A stretch of DNA of 54,835 nucleotides, the filler included, from Sluysia triapertura (taxonomy: Eukaryota), in NCBI GenBank assembly GCA_046118255.1. It is 4 parts of 4 records of this genome, joined end to end, with 100 filler letters (N's around TTAATTAATTAA, not from the genome) between each part and the next. Parts side by side here need not be neighbours in the genome. Positions count along the whole stretch, not along the records: positions 1 to 17,216 come from JBJNIA010190607.1; positions 17,317 to 28,572 come from JBJNIA010186691.1; 2 more parts are not named here. One strand, given 5' to 3'. Position 1 is the first letter of the stretch. Each line of letters begins with the position of its first letter. Below are positions 13,880-27,175 of the stretch, piece after piece. The position numbers and the translations under genes are program-made. The notes under the pieces are model-generated. The model saw only the letters and a program-made list of their open reading frames with translations, ran no database searches and was not told the DNA's origin.

Positions 13880-14730
13880 TGTTAGGTTGTCATCACAACC
13901 TCTAAAATAATTTTAAAATGATAAAATGACAGCCTAAAATTAATTTAAAATAATTAAAACGATCAAAAAATTAATTAAAAACATATAAAATATTTTAAAA
14001 TCAATTATTAATTAAAAAAACAATTATTTTCCAAAAAAGAAATGTTATGTGGATAGGCTTTTAACAAGTGCTCAAAAGTATAATTTTCTCAAATAATTTA
14101 TGCTTAAACTTTAAAGAATTAAATAATGCAAAAAAACCTTGATTTTATTCAAAATACATAAGTCTAAATAATAATCGTGGTAAGATATGGGAATATAAGT
14201 AATAATTATTTTTAAAAATTAATGCGCCAAGAGCATTTAATCTAATATTAAAATATTTTAAGTTGATACTAACCCTCAATATATCGGGGACTTAAAAAAT
14301 TTACAAATGATAGGAAATTTACGTAAATTTTATAATTTCAACTTCTAAAGTTGAAAATAACTCTATAAATATATAATTTATCAATAAATGGATTTGCTGT
14401 TGTCCAATTTTTGAATTAACTGCGAATTACGAACAGTTACTAAAAATTCACAATTCATCCAACAAAGACGCTGCAAATTGAATCAAACTAAACTGATTAT
14501 TCAAAATGGCGATTTTCATTAAACTGGTGCTAGTTAATGTATTAGTCATCACCCAATGAAAATCTATGGAATATTGTAGAACATTCTAGAAGCTTTTATT
14601 CTATTTTAGAAGTGAATTTTCTTTTTTGGAAAATAAGATTTTTATTTGACTTGTAAATGGTTTTAAATAATTTTAAAGTGTTATTATGACATATTAAATT
14701 ATTTTATAAGGTTTTGATGACAACCTAACA
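13880..14730. mobile_element. 851-bp non-autonomous TIR element (MITE) with TGT..ACA termini, Ginger-like ends
   Basis: Left end TGTTAGGTTGTCATCACAACC versus right-end reverse complement TGTTAGGTTGTCATCAAAACC; similarity extends ~50 bp. No ORF and no clear TSD. Confidence 0.8.
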
Positions 14731-14954
14731 ATTGTCATGGAGATAGTTTTACATGTTTCACTTTGTATTAATTAGCTAGTACTCTACCAAGTGATGTATA
14801 GATATAAATATAGATAAATTGAATTTTAACAAAATATATTATATTAATCTGTCAAATTATAAACTTTAAAAACTACTGGTGATATTTTATGATAAAGTAA
14901 TTCATTATAGATGAAATATTAGTTTTCTTGCACAACCTTTTGAAATGGTTAAAG

Positions 14955-15044
14955 CAGTGGTGTCAAACCTTTTTGCTTTACGGGCCGCATGATTTGCCTC
15001 CGCGGGCCGCAAGCGGCACGTGGGCCGCCACTTTGACACCACTG
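14955..15044. mobile_element. 90-bp hAT (Buster-type) MITE; a second right end lies at 15231-15254
   Basis: TIR CAGTGGTGTCAAA / TTTGACACCACTG with repeated internal GGGCCGC motifs. The 8-bp flanks GGTTAAAG, CACTATAT and ATCTAGAG all fit nnnTAnnn. Confidence 0.8.
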
Positions 15045-15254
15045 CACTATATAATATATAGTATTATATAGTATACAAGTAATATGTAGTATAGAAGTAC
15101 TTGACCACCTGTAGTACTTTTATTTTTAGGTGTTAATAAATGAATTAAAAATTTAATTAATCCAGCTTGATCATCGTCAAAATAACGGATGAATATTCGT
15201 GTACCTATCCTGGTATTGTTTGTAAATACACGGGCCGCCACTTTGACACCACTG

Positions 15255-15409
15255 ATCTAGAGTGTCCTGAATGTCTTATTAACTAATAAATAACTTTAAA
15301 ACCTTAATAAAACCTTTAAACATAAAATGAGATAAAGTCTAAAAATAGATTAATTAATTATAATTAAAGAAAAACTTTTGTGAATAACTTTTGAATGCGG
15401 AATGCTACA
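15255..15409 (+). repeat. 3' part of a repeat also present at 38350-38522 (ends GAATGCGGAATGCTACA)
   Basis: Direct colinear match ATCTAGAG..CCTGAATG..AAATAACTTTA..ACCTTAATAAAAC..AAGTCTAAAA..GAATGCGGAATGCTACATTAA. Confidence 0.8.
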
Positions 15410-17216
15410 TTAAGGTTTAATCGTGAATAATAATTAATATTTCTTAGTGTTGCGTTACCTCTGGTTTCATGGATATTATTATAAACATTATTTTTAATTT
15501 TGTGATTTAGTCATTTTTATTATTGTTAAAGTGGAAATTTATAATATTAATTTGTATTTGATTTTGTAATTATTAAATTATTGAGGTATTATTAATTTGA
15601 TTTCAAAACGTAAAATTTTGGTTGAATTACTGATAATTTATACTTGATATAGTGAGTACTTAAATTATTGAGATTCCATTTAAGTTAATTAAATCGAAAT
15701 TGATTTATCATAAGTAATAATTTTTTAAGATTCAAACTGATCGACAAAAGATTCATATAAAGTCTAATTATTAAAACGTTATTTTAATAATTGGTAGTGA
15801 TTTTCACGAGTTTACGAAAATATTCGCGATTTATTTTATATTTTGTAGACAATTATTATTCCCTGGACCCATATTTGATTGAGTTCCGATTATGTTATTA
15901 CCTAATATGACGTAAATTCTTAGTTTAATAAGAAAATTAATGCCAATAACCTTTAGTTTACGAATTTATAAAATATGCAAAATGTGCTGGAAACCGATTC
16001 TTTTGAACTCAACGCTGCCATTTTTAAGAACACTCTTATTGTTCATATTACATATGTATTACTTGTCTTTTGAATTAAATTTTATAACATTTGTCCATTT
16101 TGATAATTAATTTAAATGTTAGATATGTATAACATTCTTACACTAAAGGTTAAAATAGATTTCTAAATTTTATTTTTACAATTTATCAATCTAAATGTGA
16201 AAAGATTCAGTTTATTTTATGATCAGAATTTATTTATTAGAATTTTATCACTAAGATGTATAGTCTTGCATAAAAACATTTGCTTATTTTTTATGAGTTG
16301 TTTTATTTAGATTTGGTGTTTAGTTGTACGAAGCAATGTCAAAAATATTTTCCAAATTTGATAAATGTCAGTTTTTAATAAATGAATTCATTTATGTTTA
16401 TGTTTGTTTAAATTTATCACAACATAAGTATATAAAACAAATATTAATTTCAAATTTAATAAAAAAACTTTAGTAAAATAATAATTTAACTAATAAATTT
16501 AATTCATATGAAATCAAAATAAATAATTAAATAGGCGTGATATTCTTATTTTAATATTGAATTACAATTTTGGGTGTATCACCATTTTTAATTTATTTTC
16601 ATATTTTTGGAAATAATTTTATTGAGATATTTAGGGAGTAGCACCTCTAAAATTTAATATAAAAACAAAAATCGACGCAAATTAACAGATAAGTTACAAG
16701 TTACAGTTTTCATAATATTAATTGTAGATTGTCAAATATTTATTCGGATTTATCCAATTTAAGGAGTTATTGATTATAATTACGTATTAATTCGATTTGA
16801 AGAACCTATTGACAATACATTCAGATCTATTCAATTTGGGAAGTTTGTGAATTATATATTTAGAGCTTTTCCATTTTGGTAGCTGTATCTCCTACTACTT
16901 TTTTTCAGAAAAAGATAGATTGTAAGTTAGTATTTATTAAGTTATTCTCTTATATCATATAAGGGTTAGTGTACTTAAAATCACAACATTTTTTCAGTCT
17001 TTAATAATTTTAGACTTAAAATTTTGTTTAAAATAAATCCAATGAAGGATCAAACCTTGTTTTCAACATTGTATTATTGTGTATTGTAAACATTTGTACT
17101 TTATATTTATGACATCTTTAGTAATAGACTTTAACTTTATTATTAGTTGTTTGAAAAGTTAAACGTCGGCTTAAGGCCGTAACAATAACAATTAAATTTT
17201 GATATGAACAAAAATT

Positions 17217-17316
17217 NNNNNNNNNNNNNNNNNNNNNNNNNNNNNNNNNNNNNNNNNNNNTTAATTAATTAANNNNNNNNNNNNNNNNNNNNNNNNNNNN
17301 NNNNNNNNNNNNNNNN
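17217..17316. other. Artificial 100-bp assembly linker (44N-TTAATTAATTAA-44N)
   Basis: Same length and core as the two other linkers; the core has stop codons in all six frames. Confidence 0.95.
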
Positions 17317-19266
17317 CTAAAAATATTATGTTAATATATTTTATTAAAAATATTATGATAGAATATTATGTTAACAGTTTAGATAAAGATAATGAAATGA
17401 AAAAAACTAAGAAAAACATTTTATTTTATAATATATGTTAAATTATTTATTTTTTCTCCAATTCATTTTATATTATATTTTTAAATGTGTTTTTGTGAAT
17501 TTTCTTAAAATAGTAACTTATTTTATTATTACAACTTAAGATGTACAATTTTAATAAATATTTTAAATCACTAACACAATACATAATTATATAATGAAAT
17601 TTAGTATTACATTAGTTATAAATTTTCTTAATTTTTTTTAAAATATAATTTATATTTTACAATACGGAAAATATTGTTGAGTAAGATAATAATGTTTGTA
17701 AAATAAATTGTTAAAATCTCGATTAGTTCACTTTCTGATGTCCTACAATATAAGCTTGACAACATTAGCGACACATATTACTCTTTAGGAAAATATTTTA
17801 TAATAATAATAATGATTATTGCTATTGGTTATGGATAATAGCAATTACAATTATAATTATATGCATATTGAATCTTGAATTATATTTGAATGGTTTAGTT
17901 AAGTTTGAAATATACCGACATTGTTTGGTAATGAATTGTTCGGCAGTTGTGTAAAGCTACATAATCAATGTAATTTGTCAAATATTTGTCATTAAAATGT
18001 TATAATATCTTATAATGTATAAAACACATTTATAATTTTAAAAGTTAACTTTTTATTGCTTATTTTTATAAAAAGTGTATAATGGAATTATTTTGATGAT
18101 GATTTATACAAAACTATTAAATTATTTTTTGGTTTAATGCTACCGTATTTTGTTCAGAAAAAGTCATTGTAAATTAGATATTTGATCGTATTATTGAAGT
18201 TTATAGTAAGTGTGACTTGTTAAAACTGTAATGCTGCTTGTCTAATGAGATAGCTTGTTTTCAATAGATGACTAATTTTAAAAATGAGTATGAAAACTTA
18301 TTTTCGGAAAAACACAATATTTATCATTCTGCAACTCAATAAGAAGCATTTTTGTTTTGCATATAGATCAATATTTCTACTTGATTATACAATAAAGTTG
18401 TTATCAGCAATATGTAATAGATGTATAATTTTTTCATGTCTTTTTTATTATTTTATTTGATTTTTCAAATTATTTATTTCTTTGACTCTTATATCAGAAT
18501 TATCTAAATATAACTTTGGTTGCTTTCTCAATAGGTCATTGCCATTATATCACTGTTTGAAAAAGATAATCCTGAATTCAATGTTTCATAAATATGACTA
18601 TAAAATGTCCTCTATAAATATTGCGCATCTAAGCTTGAAAAAATATAGAAATATTATTTAAGACATTACCTACTGCAATTCAGAAATACAAAAATATTAA
18701 ATAAACTGAATAATAATATTTACACTAGCCAACTGGAACTTTTTTGTCATAATTGTTATTATTTTTAATATTTTCATGGAGGAAATGATACTATCTCATT
18801 ATTTTAACGGTTGTATTTTATTTATAAGTTGCAGTTATTAAAAGGAAAAAATTTGAAAATATGTCCCAAAAATATAGAACAATGTGACAAATAATACTAG
18901 GCTTTAAGTAGTTATTTCAACTTTTGTTGAAATATAATTTGTCAATTATGTAATTATTGTTTTGGTTACCACGTACAATTACAAATTTATATAAAATTCA
19001 ACTACTAACATTTCTTACATTTCGTAACTGCATCTCATATCACATCAATCACAAAAATTAAAATAAAATAAAATCAATATTTAAGCTACCACAATCTATC
19101 ATGTCAATATCACAATTAGCTCAGTGAATACCGCCTTTTCTATTCGGCCTCAGCACCTACATAATTCACTCACCGCATTCTCTTTTTCTGTTTTACGTGC
19201 ATTGTTTATGGATTAAGTGTAAAGCAAAACAAAGTAAAAAATGTACTATTTTTACTTAATTCTATG

Positions 19267-19730
19267 TATGGTGGACAACCTTTTCATTTAAGATTCAAAT
19301 CATTATTTTACATGAAATATTACATTCCAAACATTTTAAATTCACAATCGCATAACATTAAAATTATGCTTACATTGAAAACATTTTTAATTCACAACTT
19401 CACAACACTATAATCACAATTTACATCTCAAATTATCAAGCATGCATTCCAAGTTCATAATTCTTCAATAGTGAATCATTAACATCAGCGGAAAACATTA
19501 AGTTCACATTTTAAAATCATTTTTTAAACAACCTAATCAAAATAGAATTTTATTGAAGTTAATTTTATTTTAAAATATAAGAATTTATAAGATTTTAAAG
19601 AATTATTTGTTTTTTATTATTTTATATATCATTACTACTATTTTATTATTAATATTATTTATTATCATTATTATCTTCATTTTTATTATCATAATTATTA
19701 CTGACATTAATTTGTTTATTTTATTTTCAA
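19267..19730 (+). repeat. C/A-skewed repeat copy (head TATGGTGGACAACC, (ATT)n-like tail)
   Basis: Head motif; body homologous to the reverse complement of 22900-23060. Confidence 0.7.
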
Positions 19731-19734
19731 TTCA

Positions 19735-22559
19735 TAGTCTGTCACCAGTCTGCAGTTTAATTAAAATCAATCCACACTACCTTGTTAACTGTCGACTGAT
19801 GACAGTTGCTTAGTGTGTTAATCTAGTTTATTATCACAACAATTGCAAGCAAAAGTCAATAACTTTTCGCGACATTCATTCTTTTGGTTTGATTGGAGGT
19901 TCAATCAGTGCTATTTTTCTGCACTGTCATTTGTAGTTTTTATTGGACACCCAATCACGATTAATTTTACAATGTCAGTAGTTATAAAAATAATAGAAAT
20001 ACACAAAGGTAACACAAATAAATGTCTAAAAGTTAAAATAGGAAATATAGTGTTGTTTCGATAAAATTGCTGTATAAAATGACAATCGTTAATTTGGATA
20101 TTATTAAGAATGATAAAAAGCTGTTTTGTAAAGTTTTAAATCTTGATTATAATGAAAGTGATTACGATTCATCTCTTAATGAAAATGTAAATGATATGAT
20201 TTTAGTAAGTCATTCTGCTAGTAAAATGAAAATCAGTTGCTGTATTGCATTGACCTGAAATATAAGTTTTCTACTGTCTTAGATGTTAAAGTTAGACGTA
20301 GTAATATACCGTTCAGTAGATAAAAATCGTACTATTATTGCTAATGAATTATAAAGTATGCCTCCTAATTCTAAATATCGAAAGTGTTACATATATCGAC
20401 TTAATCAAAGTAATTACTCAACGATTACATCAGACCGATTTCATAGAAATAGTAGTGAAACAATTTTGAATAGTTCACATATATCAGCAAGTCTTGCATG
20501 TAGTATAAACAAAAACTTAAATGATCTAACTCTCACTGATGATAAAGGACCATCTAAACATGCTAAACAAAGTATTAAATCCTTAACTAGAAAATTTTTG
20601 AATCGTAAAAATCAATTTCGCACAGTTACTATTCGTAATATTAAATTGTACAATGATAATGCTGATTATATATACAGACAGGCTATTTTGAGTCATTTCG
20701 CAAAAGCAACTATATCATCTACAACGTTAAAGGAGAGATGTATCAAGTTGATTTTATTCTTGTTGAATATTGTCAAATGCACGTTAAAAATTATTTTCAT
20801 TTTACGGCTATTGCTAATGTTATCATACCCAATCAAAAACGTATGACACAATGCCCATCTCAATTAGATGCATTTGGAATATGTATCAAATTGGGTACAT
20901 CCTGCCGCTATTACTGTAAGGGGCTATAAGATTTGATTACGTTAGTAATATCAAAAGTTCGTAACTTTAAGTTATAGTTATAAATAATTAAATTGTGAAC
21001 TTGTTTAAAAAGTTTTATAATTTCAAATTTACTATTAACAAATACGTTTGCATTAAAATTTATAAAATATAAATACATAAATGTTGGGATATATTATAAC
21101 AACAAAACATTTACGACTTAAAATATAATTATAATTATTGTCCAAAACGTTTATCCAGGGACACTTTGCCAATTTCATCGGTTGCAAAAAACAAGTATCA
21201 AATATTAATTGATTATTAAAATTTAATATTACTTTATTTTTATTGTTGTTTAAACACTTGATTGATTGAATCTTGCCTTCATGTTCCTTGAAGTGCTCTT
21301 TACTTATTTAACGACTAATTTTATCGAACTCTAGCATGGATAGTATTAGATTTTGAATGCGTTGGACATGATCTTGTAATACTGATATTAATTTGATCGA
21401 CTCAATGAAAGTAATTACATAAAATTCCAAATTTAATGCATTTCCCTGACATGTAAAGCTTTGAACTCACTATCATTTTTGCAACATTGATCATATCAAT
21501 ATGATGTTCGACAATATGATGGGGAATATTTGTTGAAGGATGCATAGTACTAAGCTTTCCAAACACGTTTACATTTTCATCAGCAAAATGAAGCAATAAT
21601 TCTATGAAACATAGATTCGCTTTTAATATTTTGAAACAACTTGTATAATTAATTATAGAAACAGTTTTATTGATGACGCTAGACGACTTTCTCGTAAAAA
21701 TTTTCAATTATGATTAGTATAGATCTTTTTTGATTACCATCATTACTTTGTTCATCTATTGAAATACTATCGATAAAAGTAAGTTCTTGATCTAATGCGG
21801 ATTGGCCAGTATCTTGTTTGGACAATATATCCAACTTGTTTGTAAACATTGTTGCAAATTTGCGTATTAATCTTTTGTGGAATTAAACTAAATTCATCAA
21901 TTTTTGACATCAAGATTAATGTTGTCGGTACTAGTAGTCATGCATCATTACACTTTAAAATATACATCATGTGAAGTCTTTTACAATACATCATTCCCGA
22001 TAATATAGCTTGTGGTCGAAGTCTAAGTCGTTTATTAAATACTAAATTAACATCATTGGAAATAGTTATCAGATTTTGATATTCTTTTGTAACACATACT
22101 TCATCCATAACACTTTGATGATTTTTGAACATATAATCTTTATCCAACAAACAGTCTAATTAATGAGAATTTCTCTAAAATATTCAGCTGTAAATTAATT
22201 ACAATAAATGTTTTATCTTTATAATAACTAAATCGAAACTATTGAATCTTTATATTTTTTGTAAAGATATAAATTTTTTTAACTTGCATATTAAAATAAT
22301 GAAAATTCTTTTTTTGATTTTTTGTTTTTTTGTCCAAATAATTTTTGTTTAATTTGAAATTTGCTTTTGATTGAACGTCCAGTTAAAATGAAAATACGAA
22401 TGTAGAATAATATTATTGATTGGACATCCAATCAAATATATTAACGAAATACTATCACCAGTGTTAATAGTGATGCCGCACACAGCAACTGTCATCAGTC
22501 GACACTTTATACGATGTTAATTTAATTTAATTGAATTACTGTTGACTGGTGACAGACTA
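19735..22559. mobile_element. 2.8-kb degenerate DNA transposon with TAG..CTA termini and bipartite ~80-bp TIRs (Academ-like ends; family unconfirmed)
   Basis: TAGTCTGTCACCAGTC (19735-19750) is the exact reverse complement of 22544-22559. TGTCGACTGATGACAGTTGCT (19790-19810) is the exact reverse complement of 22484-22504. Convergent broken ORFs lie inside (+20067-20929, -21402-22150). Confidence 0.8.
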
Positions 22560-22599
22560 TACTACAAAAATTGCTGATCTTACTTACAAAATGAGAATA

Positions 22600-22654
22600 A
22601 AGATTTTATAATAATAATTAAACGATTAAAAATAATAAGTATTATTAAAATAAA

Positions 22655-22702
<48 letters not shown>

Positions 22703-23371
22703 TTTACAAAGAAAATAAAAAATAAATTGTGCATAAATTCTTAATATTTTACACGATCTTTCTTTTATTTAAAAAAAACAAAATATTTCTTTACATAAAA
22801 ATAAATGAATTTAATTAAGATGCAATTTGTTGATTTAAGATGCCAAAAATAATTAAAACATGTAAATACTTAAGGGTGAGTGAATTGAGAACTTGAAAGA
22901 GTTAATTTTATTATATATGTTAGCTAATTTAAGATTTAAGTTGTGATTCTGATGTTGTGAAATAAAGAATAAAAAATGTTTTATATGAATTTTTAAATGT
23001 AAGTAAAGTTTGGATGTTATAAGATTGTGACTTGAAAATGTATTGAAATGACAATGGTTTTAATGGATCTGAAGGGAATTAAATAAGGCAAAGGTTTTGA
23101 TGCATTATAAAAGGTAATTGTATAAATGTTAAAAAGTGTAATTATGATTGTAATGTTATGAAATGTGCGATATGCTGAATTAAATTAGAAATGTTTTAAG
23201 TTAGTTTTTTTAGTATATGTTTGATGATTTTCGATGTTGAATAATATTTTAACGTTATGGAATTTTATATGTAGAATGTTTGTAAGTATTAACAATTATG
23301 AAATATTCAGAAGAGTGATTTTGTTGTGTGTTGATGAAATAAAATTTATAAGTATTAGGTTGACCACAATA
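22600..23371 (-). repeat. C/A-skewed repeat copy, inverted relative to 19267-19730
   Basis: Ends GGTTGACCACAATA. Its reverse complement aligns with 19320-19445. (AAT)n at about 22660-22700. Confidence 0.7.
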
Positions 23372-23379
23372 TCTTCGAA

Positions 23380-25370
23380 ATGAATTGTAATGAACGAGAT
23401 ACAGACGAACTCATGCAAAGATTAGACAGTTTATTGACATCGTTACAATCCAGTCAATTTCGTTTCCAAATTCGTTTCAAGCGTGAAGATAATGACTATT
23501 ATCAACTTGATAAACTAAGACTGAAAGTAATTATAATTTTATTTTTTCATGAACATAGGTTTTAGGACCCTACAATCAATCGAATCAGCAACGTATGGAA
23601 ATATAGAAGTAATAAGAAATAATTTAAAACTTTTGATAATTTTCATTTTAAAAATTAGATTATATATTTGGCAATAAAATTTTGTCTTAATTTAATTAAT
23701 TTAGTAAATAATAAAAATAATTGTGAAGTTTTCGAATTAAATTTAATAAATGCCTTTTGTAATAAACCAGCAAATTTTTATAATTTAACTTACATTAATT
23801 TTTATCAAACATGTACTAATAATAAAATCTCAAAAATAATTTCAAATCAATTAACCCCAAACTATGTTTTTTGTTTCTATTTCCTTATATTTTCAATGTC
23901 TATAGATCAAAAAAATTCTTAGAACAATGTGATGATGTGTTAGATTAGATATCCAAAACGATAAAGCTTTGTAGAGAAAAGAATCGGGATTTATGATGTG
24001 ATCTGATTTTATAGAATGAAAAACATGTATTTTGCAAGTTTAAGGTACTAGAAGACAGACAAGCTCAAGATCAATTGCAGGATTTTCAAATATATTTTTT
24101 TGCATTATTAAAAAAAGAATTGTTTAAATATTAAATATCAACAAATATTAAAAATTTTGTAAACGAAAAGAAAAGAAAAGTAGTTATATAGTTAAACAGC
24201 AAATAATTTAAAAAGAAGATTCTGAATCAATCGAGTAAATTTAAAAAGCATTATAATGCCTACCGACGAAATCACTTTTAAAAGAAAAATCTATATACAA
24301 ATAATTTGTATTCAAGCAGTGACTTTTAGAATCAGAGGTCCAAGGATGACTGAAAACTTGGATTCGAATTTCAATTAAGAAGAACTGCGATATGTATACA
24401 CTAAATGCGCTTTTTCTGTGAAGATTAAAGTCATAGGAATATTTTATATATTGAATACATTAGTTAGATTATGGTGTTTTCCGAGTTTCATTCAAAAAAT
24501 GGCAAAGATGACATTTGAAAGTGATGCAACTTAGTTATTTCATGGACACCTGCTTTAACTGTCAGAAAACTATTAAATGATTTAACTGAATTCAAACATG
24601 CGATTTCGTATTACTTTGTTTTGGTGCCAACAGAAAACATTTGGGAAATTCATTTTACAAGAAATTTAGTGTCACCGATCAAATTTCGAGATTCAAAACG
24701 TAAGACTTTCCATGGCCTTTTGCCTAACTTATGATACCTATGTTTTTTGTACCAATATATGTAAAATCTTATTATTCTTCTAATTTGTTATTAAAGTTTT
24801 TTAACGATATTTTAACTAAACTTAGCAATAATTTTCAAGCAGATTTTTGTAATTGGATTTTAATAATTATCATTTGTAAAACAAACATATTTCATTTCAA
24901 TAATGGTAAGGACCTTAAGTCCATTTTGTGGTAATATCGATATTTATGTAATCAGATTCATACATGTATACACTTGTAATATTCATTATATGATCTGTGA
25001 ATATTATTATTTTACTAATTAATTATATTTTTAATAATAGAATTAAGAATAAGTTAGATAGAGAAAGTCTTAATTTAATACTCGTATTGTAAAATTAGAA
25101 CAAGACATTCTTGTTCCGTTCGGTGATTTAAATGATATACGGTCAAATTCAGAAGTTGCATTTTAAAATTCTTATTTAATGCATCTTTTACGCTAGAAAC
25201 CCTTAGTGATTTATCAAATTCAATTATTGCTTATATTGATTAAAAGTAAAGAAAAATGGAAAAGCCATGCTTTTGGTTATTCAACTGATCCACTATAATT
25301 AAGATTTTACAACGTGCTGCCTATTATGATTTTCGTGTCTGAAGCCAATCAGAATCAGACGAGTTTTTAT
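23380..25370 (+). pseudogene. Decayed multi-exon gene with short GT-AG introns; weak E2 ubiquitin-conjugating-like motifs
   Basis: ATG-initiated exon followed by a ~32-bp GT..AG intron, then many in-frame stops. Fragments FRIRGP and SWTPALTVRKLL resemble UBC motifs (I.GP, WSPALT...L). Confidence 0.3.
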
Positions 25371-26554
25371 TCTAAATAAACTTATGTTTATATTTTGTAA
25401 TAGCTATAATTGTTGCTGTTATTCATACATGAAAAATTTTATATTTCAAGCTAATGTTTATACGTGAACTTTAAACGCGTTAGATTCTTTTATTGTCATA
25501 TCGAGACCGAAACATAGTCAGTTGTGCGATGATCGTGTAATATTTCCCAAGTGTTTTCATTAGCCATATTTTTGGAAAATGTTTTATATGAGGATTAGCC
25601 TGATAAGGATAGTGCTCAATTTGGAGATATATTAAATGATGAGTCTACATTGCTATTTTGTATGTTTCAAAACTCATTAATGTTTACATAAAAGTGACGT
25701 GTATTTGATTTAGTAACATAAGTTTGAAGGGTGAGTGTACAATTATGAAGCTTATTTATGTAGTTAAGTTTGGTTACGGTTTCTAAGAGAAATAATATAT
25801 TATTATTCGAGACTTTATTTAATTTATGATTACTGGACGTTTAATGTAGTAATAGTGTATAAACATTATTATCCCTTCTTATAAATGTAACATAATATTC
25901 ATTAATTTAAATTTTATAATAAAAATTATTTCAAAATAAAATTAAAATCATTATCATTAAGATTATAATGCTTTATGACAATTTAAAATGAGATTTAATG
26001 GAGTTAATATATATTCAAAATTTAATAACACTTAGTTTTAGATTGAAATAAAATAAATAATCATTTTAAAATGAGATTCTATAAGAACGTAAAGATTATT
26101 CTAATATGACAGTTAAAATTATATTAAATTGAGATTGGGTAAAACTGGTATACAATTAAAAATTAATAACAAAAGCATTATCGTCAAAGACTTTTATCAG
26201 TTATTTATATATTTAAAAATCGTTATTAGACTGCTTCTGTTTTAGTCTTAAAATTGTTATTAAATTTATGCTAGCTCATGTTTATTTCAGCATGAATACC
26301 AATTTCAAGACTTTTGTAATGTATCACAAATCTGTATTCATTTTCAACTACCGAAAACATTATTATTTAAGATAAAATAAACATTTAAAGTTTTATACAA
26401 ATTAGAGGTATAACATTCATTATTTCATGAAATTTTGAAAAAGTCAATAGAATTGCGTACTTGTAAATAAGATTTTATTTCTTCAACTGACATAAAAGAA
26501 CTTCTTGTGCAAAATGGATCCACATTTGATTAGATTGACCTAACTTGATTCTCT

Positions 26555-26975
26555 TTAACGATCATTCAAACTTAATTTAGTATCATTCGTATTGAATTGA
26601 TTTATTTTTAGTTGATGACCCCTAGTATTCATTTTAATATTCAATTCATCATAATTTATATCTCTATAATATTTATATCTCTATAATTTACATTCGCTTT
26701 AAGATTCTGATCATCACAACTTAGGTTTGCTTTGACTTTTAATTCATCATAATTGAAGTTTAATCTTATAATTAACTCATCGTAATTTAAATCATCACAG
26801 ATTGCATTCGCTTTAACTTTTAAATCTTCATAATCAAAGTAGCTAATAAATCATCATAATTAACGCTTACTTTAACATTTATATCTTCATAATTTATGTG
26901 TGCTTTAAGATTCAGATCATAGTAATTTAAGTTTGCTTTAATGTTTAAATTGTCGTAGATTACATTGGTTATCAT
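26555..26975 (-). repeat. Coding-type 33-bp minisatellite (11-aa unit ~NYDDLNLKANL), with one frameshift
   Basis: Translation IYDNLNIKANL NYYDLNLKAHI NYEDINVKVSV NYDDL / DYEDLKVKANA ICDDL NYDELIIRLNF NYDELKVKANL SCDDQNLKANV NYRDI NYRDI NYDELNIKMNT. Confidence 0.7.
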
Positions 26976-27175
26976 TACTAGCGCTACTCTTTGTTTTCTT
27001 TTCAAAAGTTTTTATTTTTTTGAATAATATCGTAGCCATGTTTTTATTTATTTTTTCCTAATATTTTAAATTTTTCTGAGGTAACCATTTCACATTTGAA
27101 TTTAACATAAAGAAATGCATACAGCCTAGATTCCGAAATTAATATTAAATTATTACTATTATTCTTTGAATATTA

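Noticed and set aside
19796-19802. CTGATGA as a hammerhead ribozyme core
   Set aside because: No suitably placed GAAA or helices; it is part of a transposon TIR.
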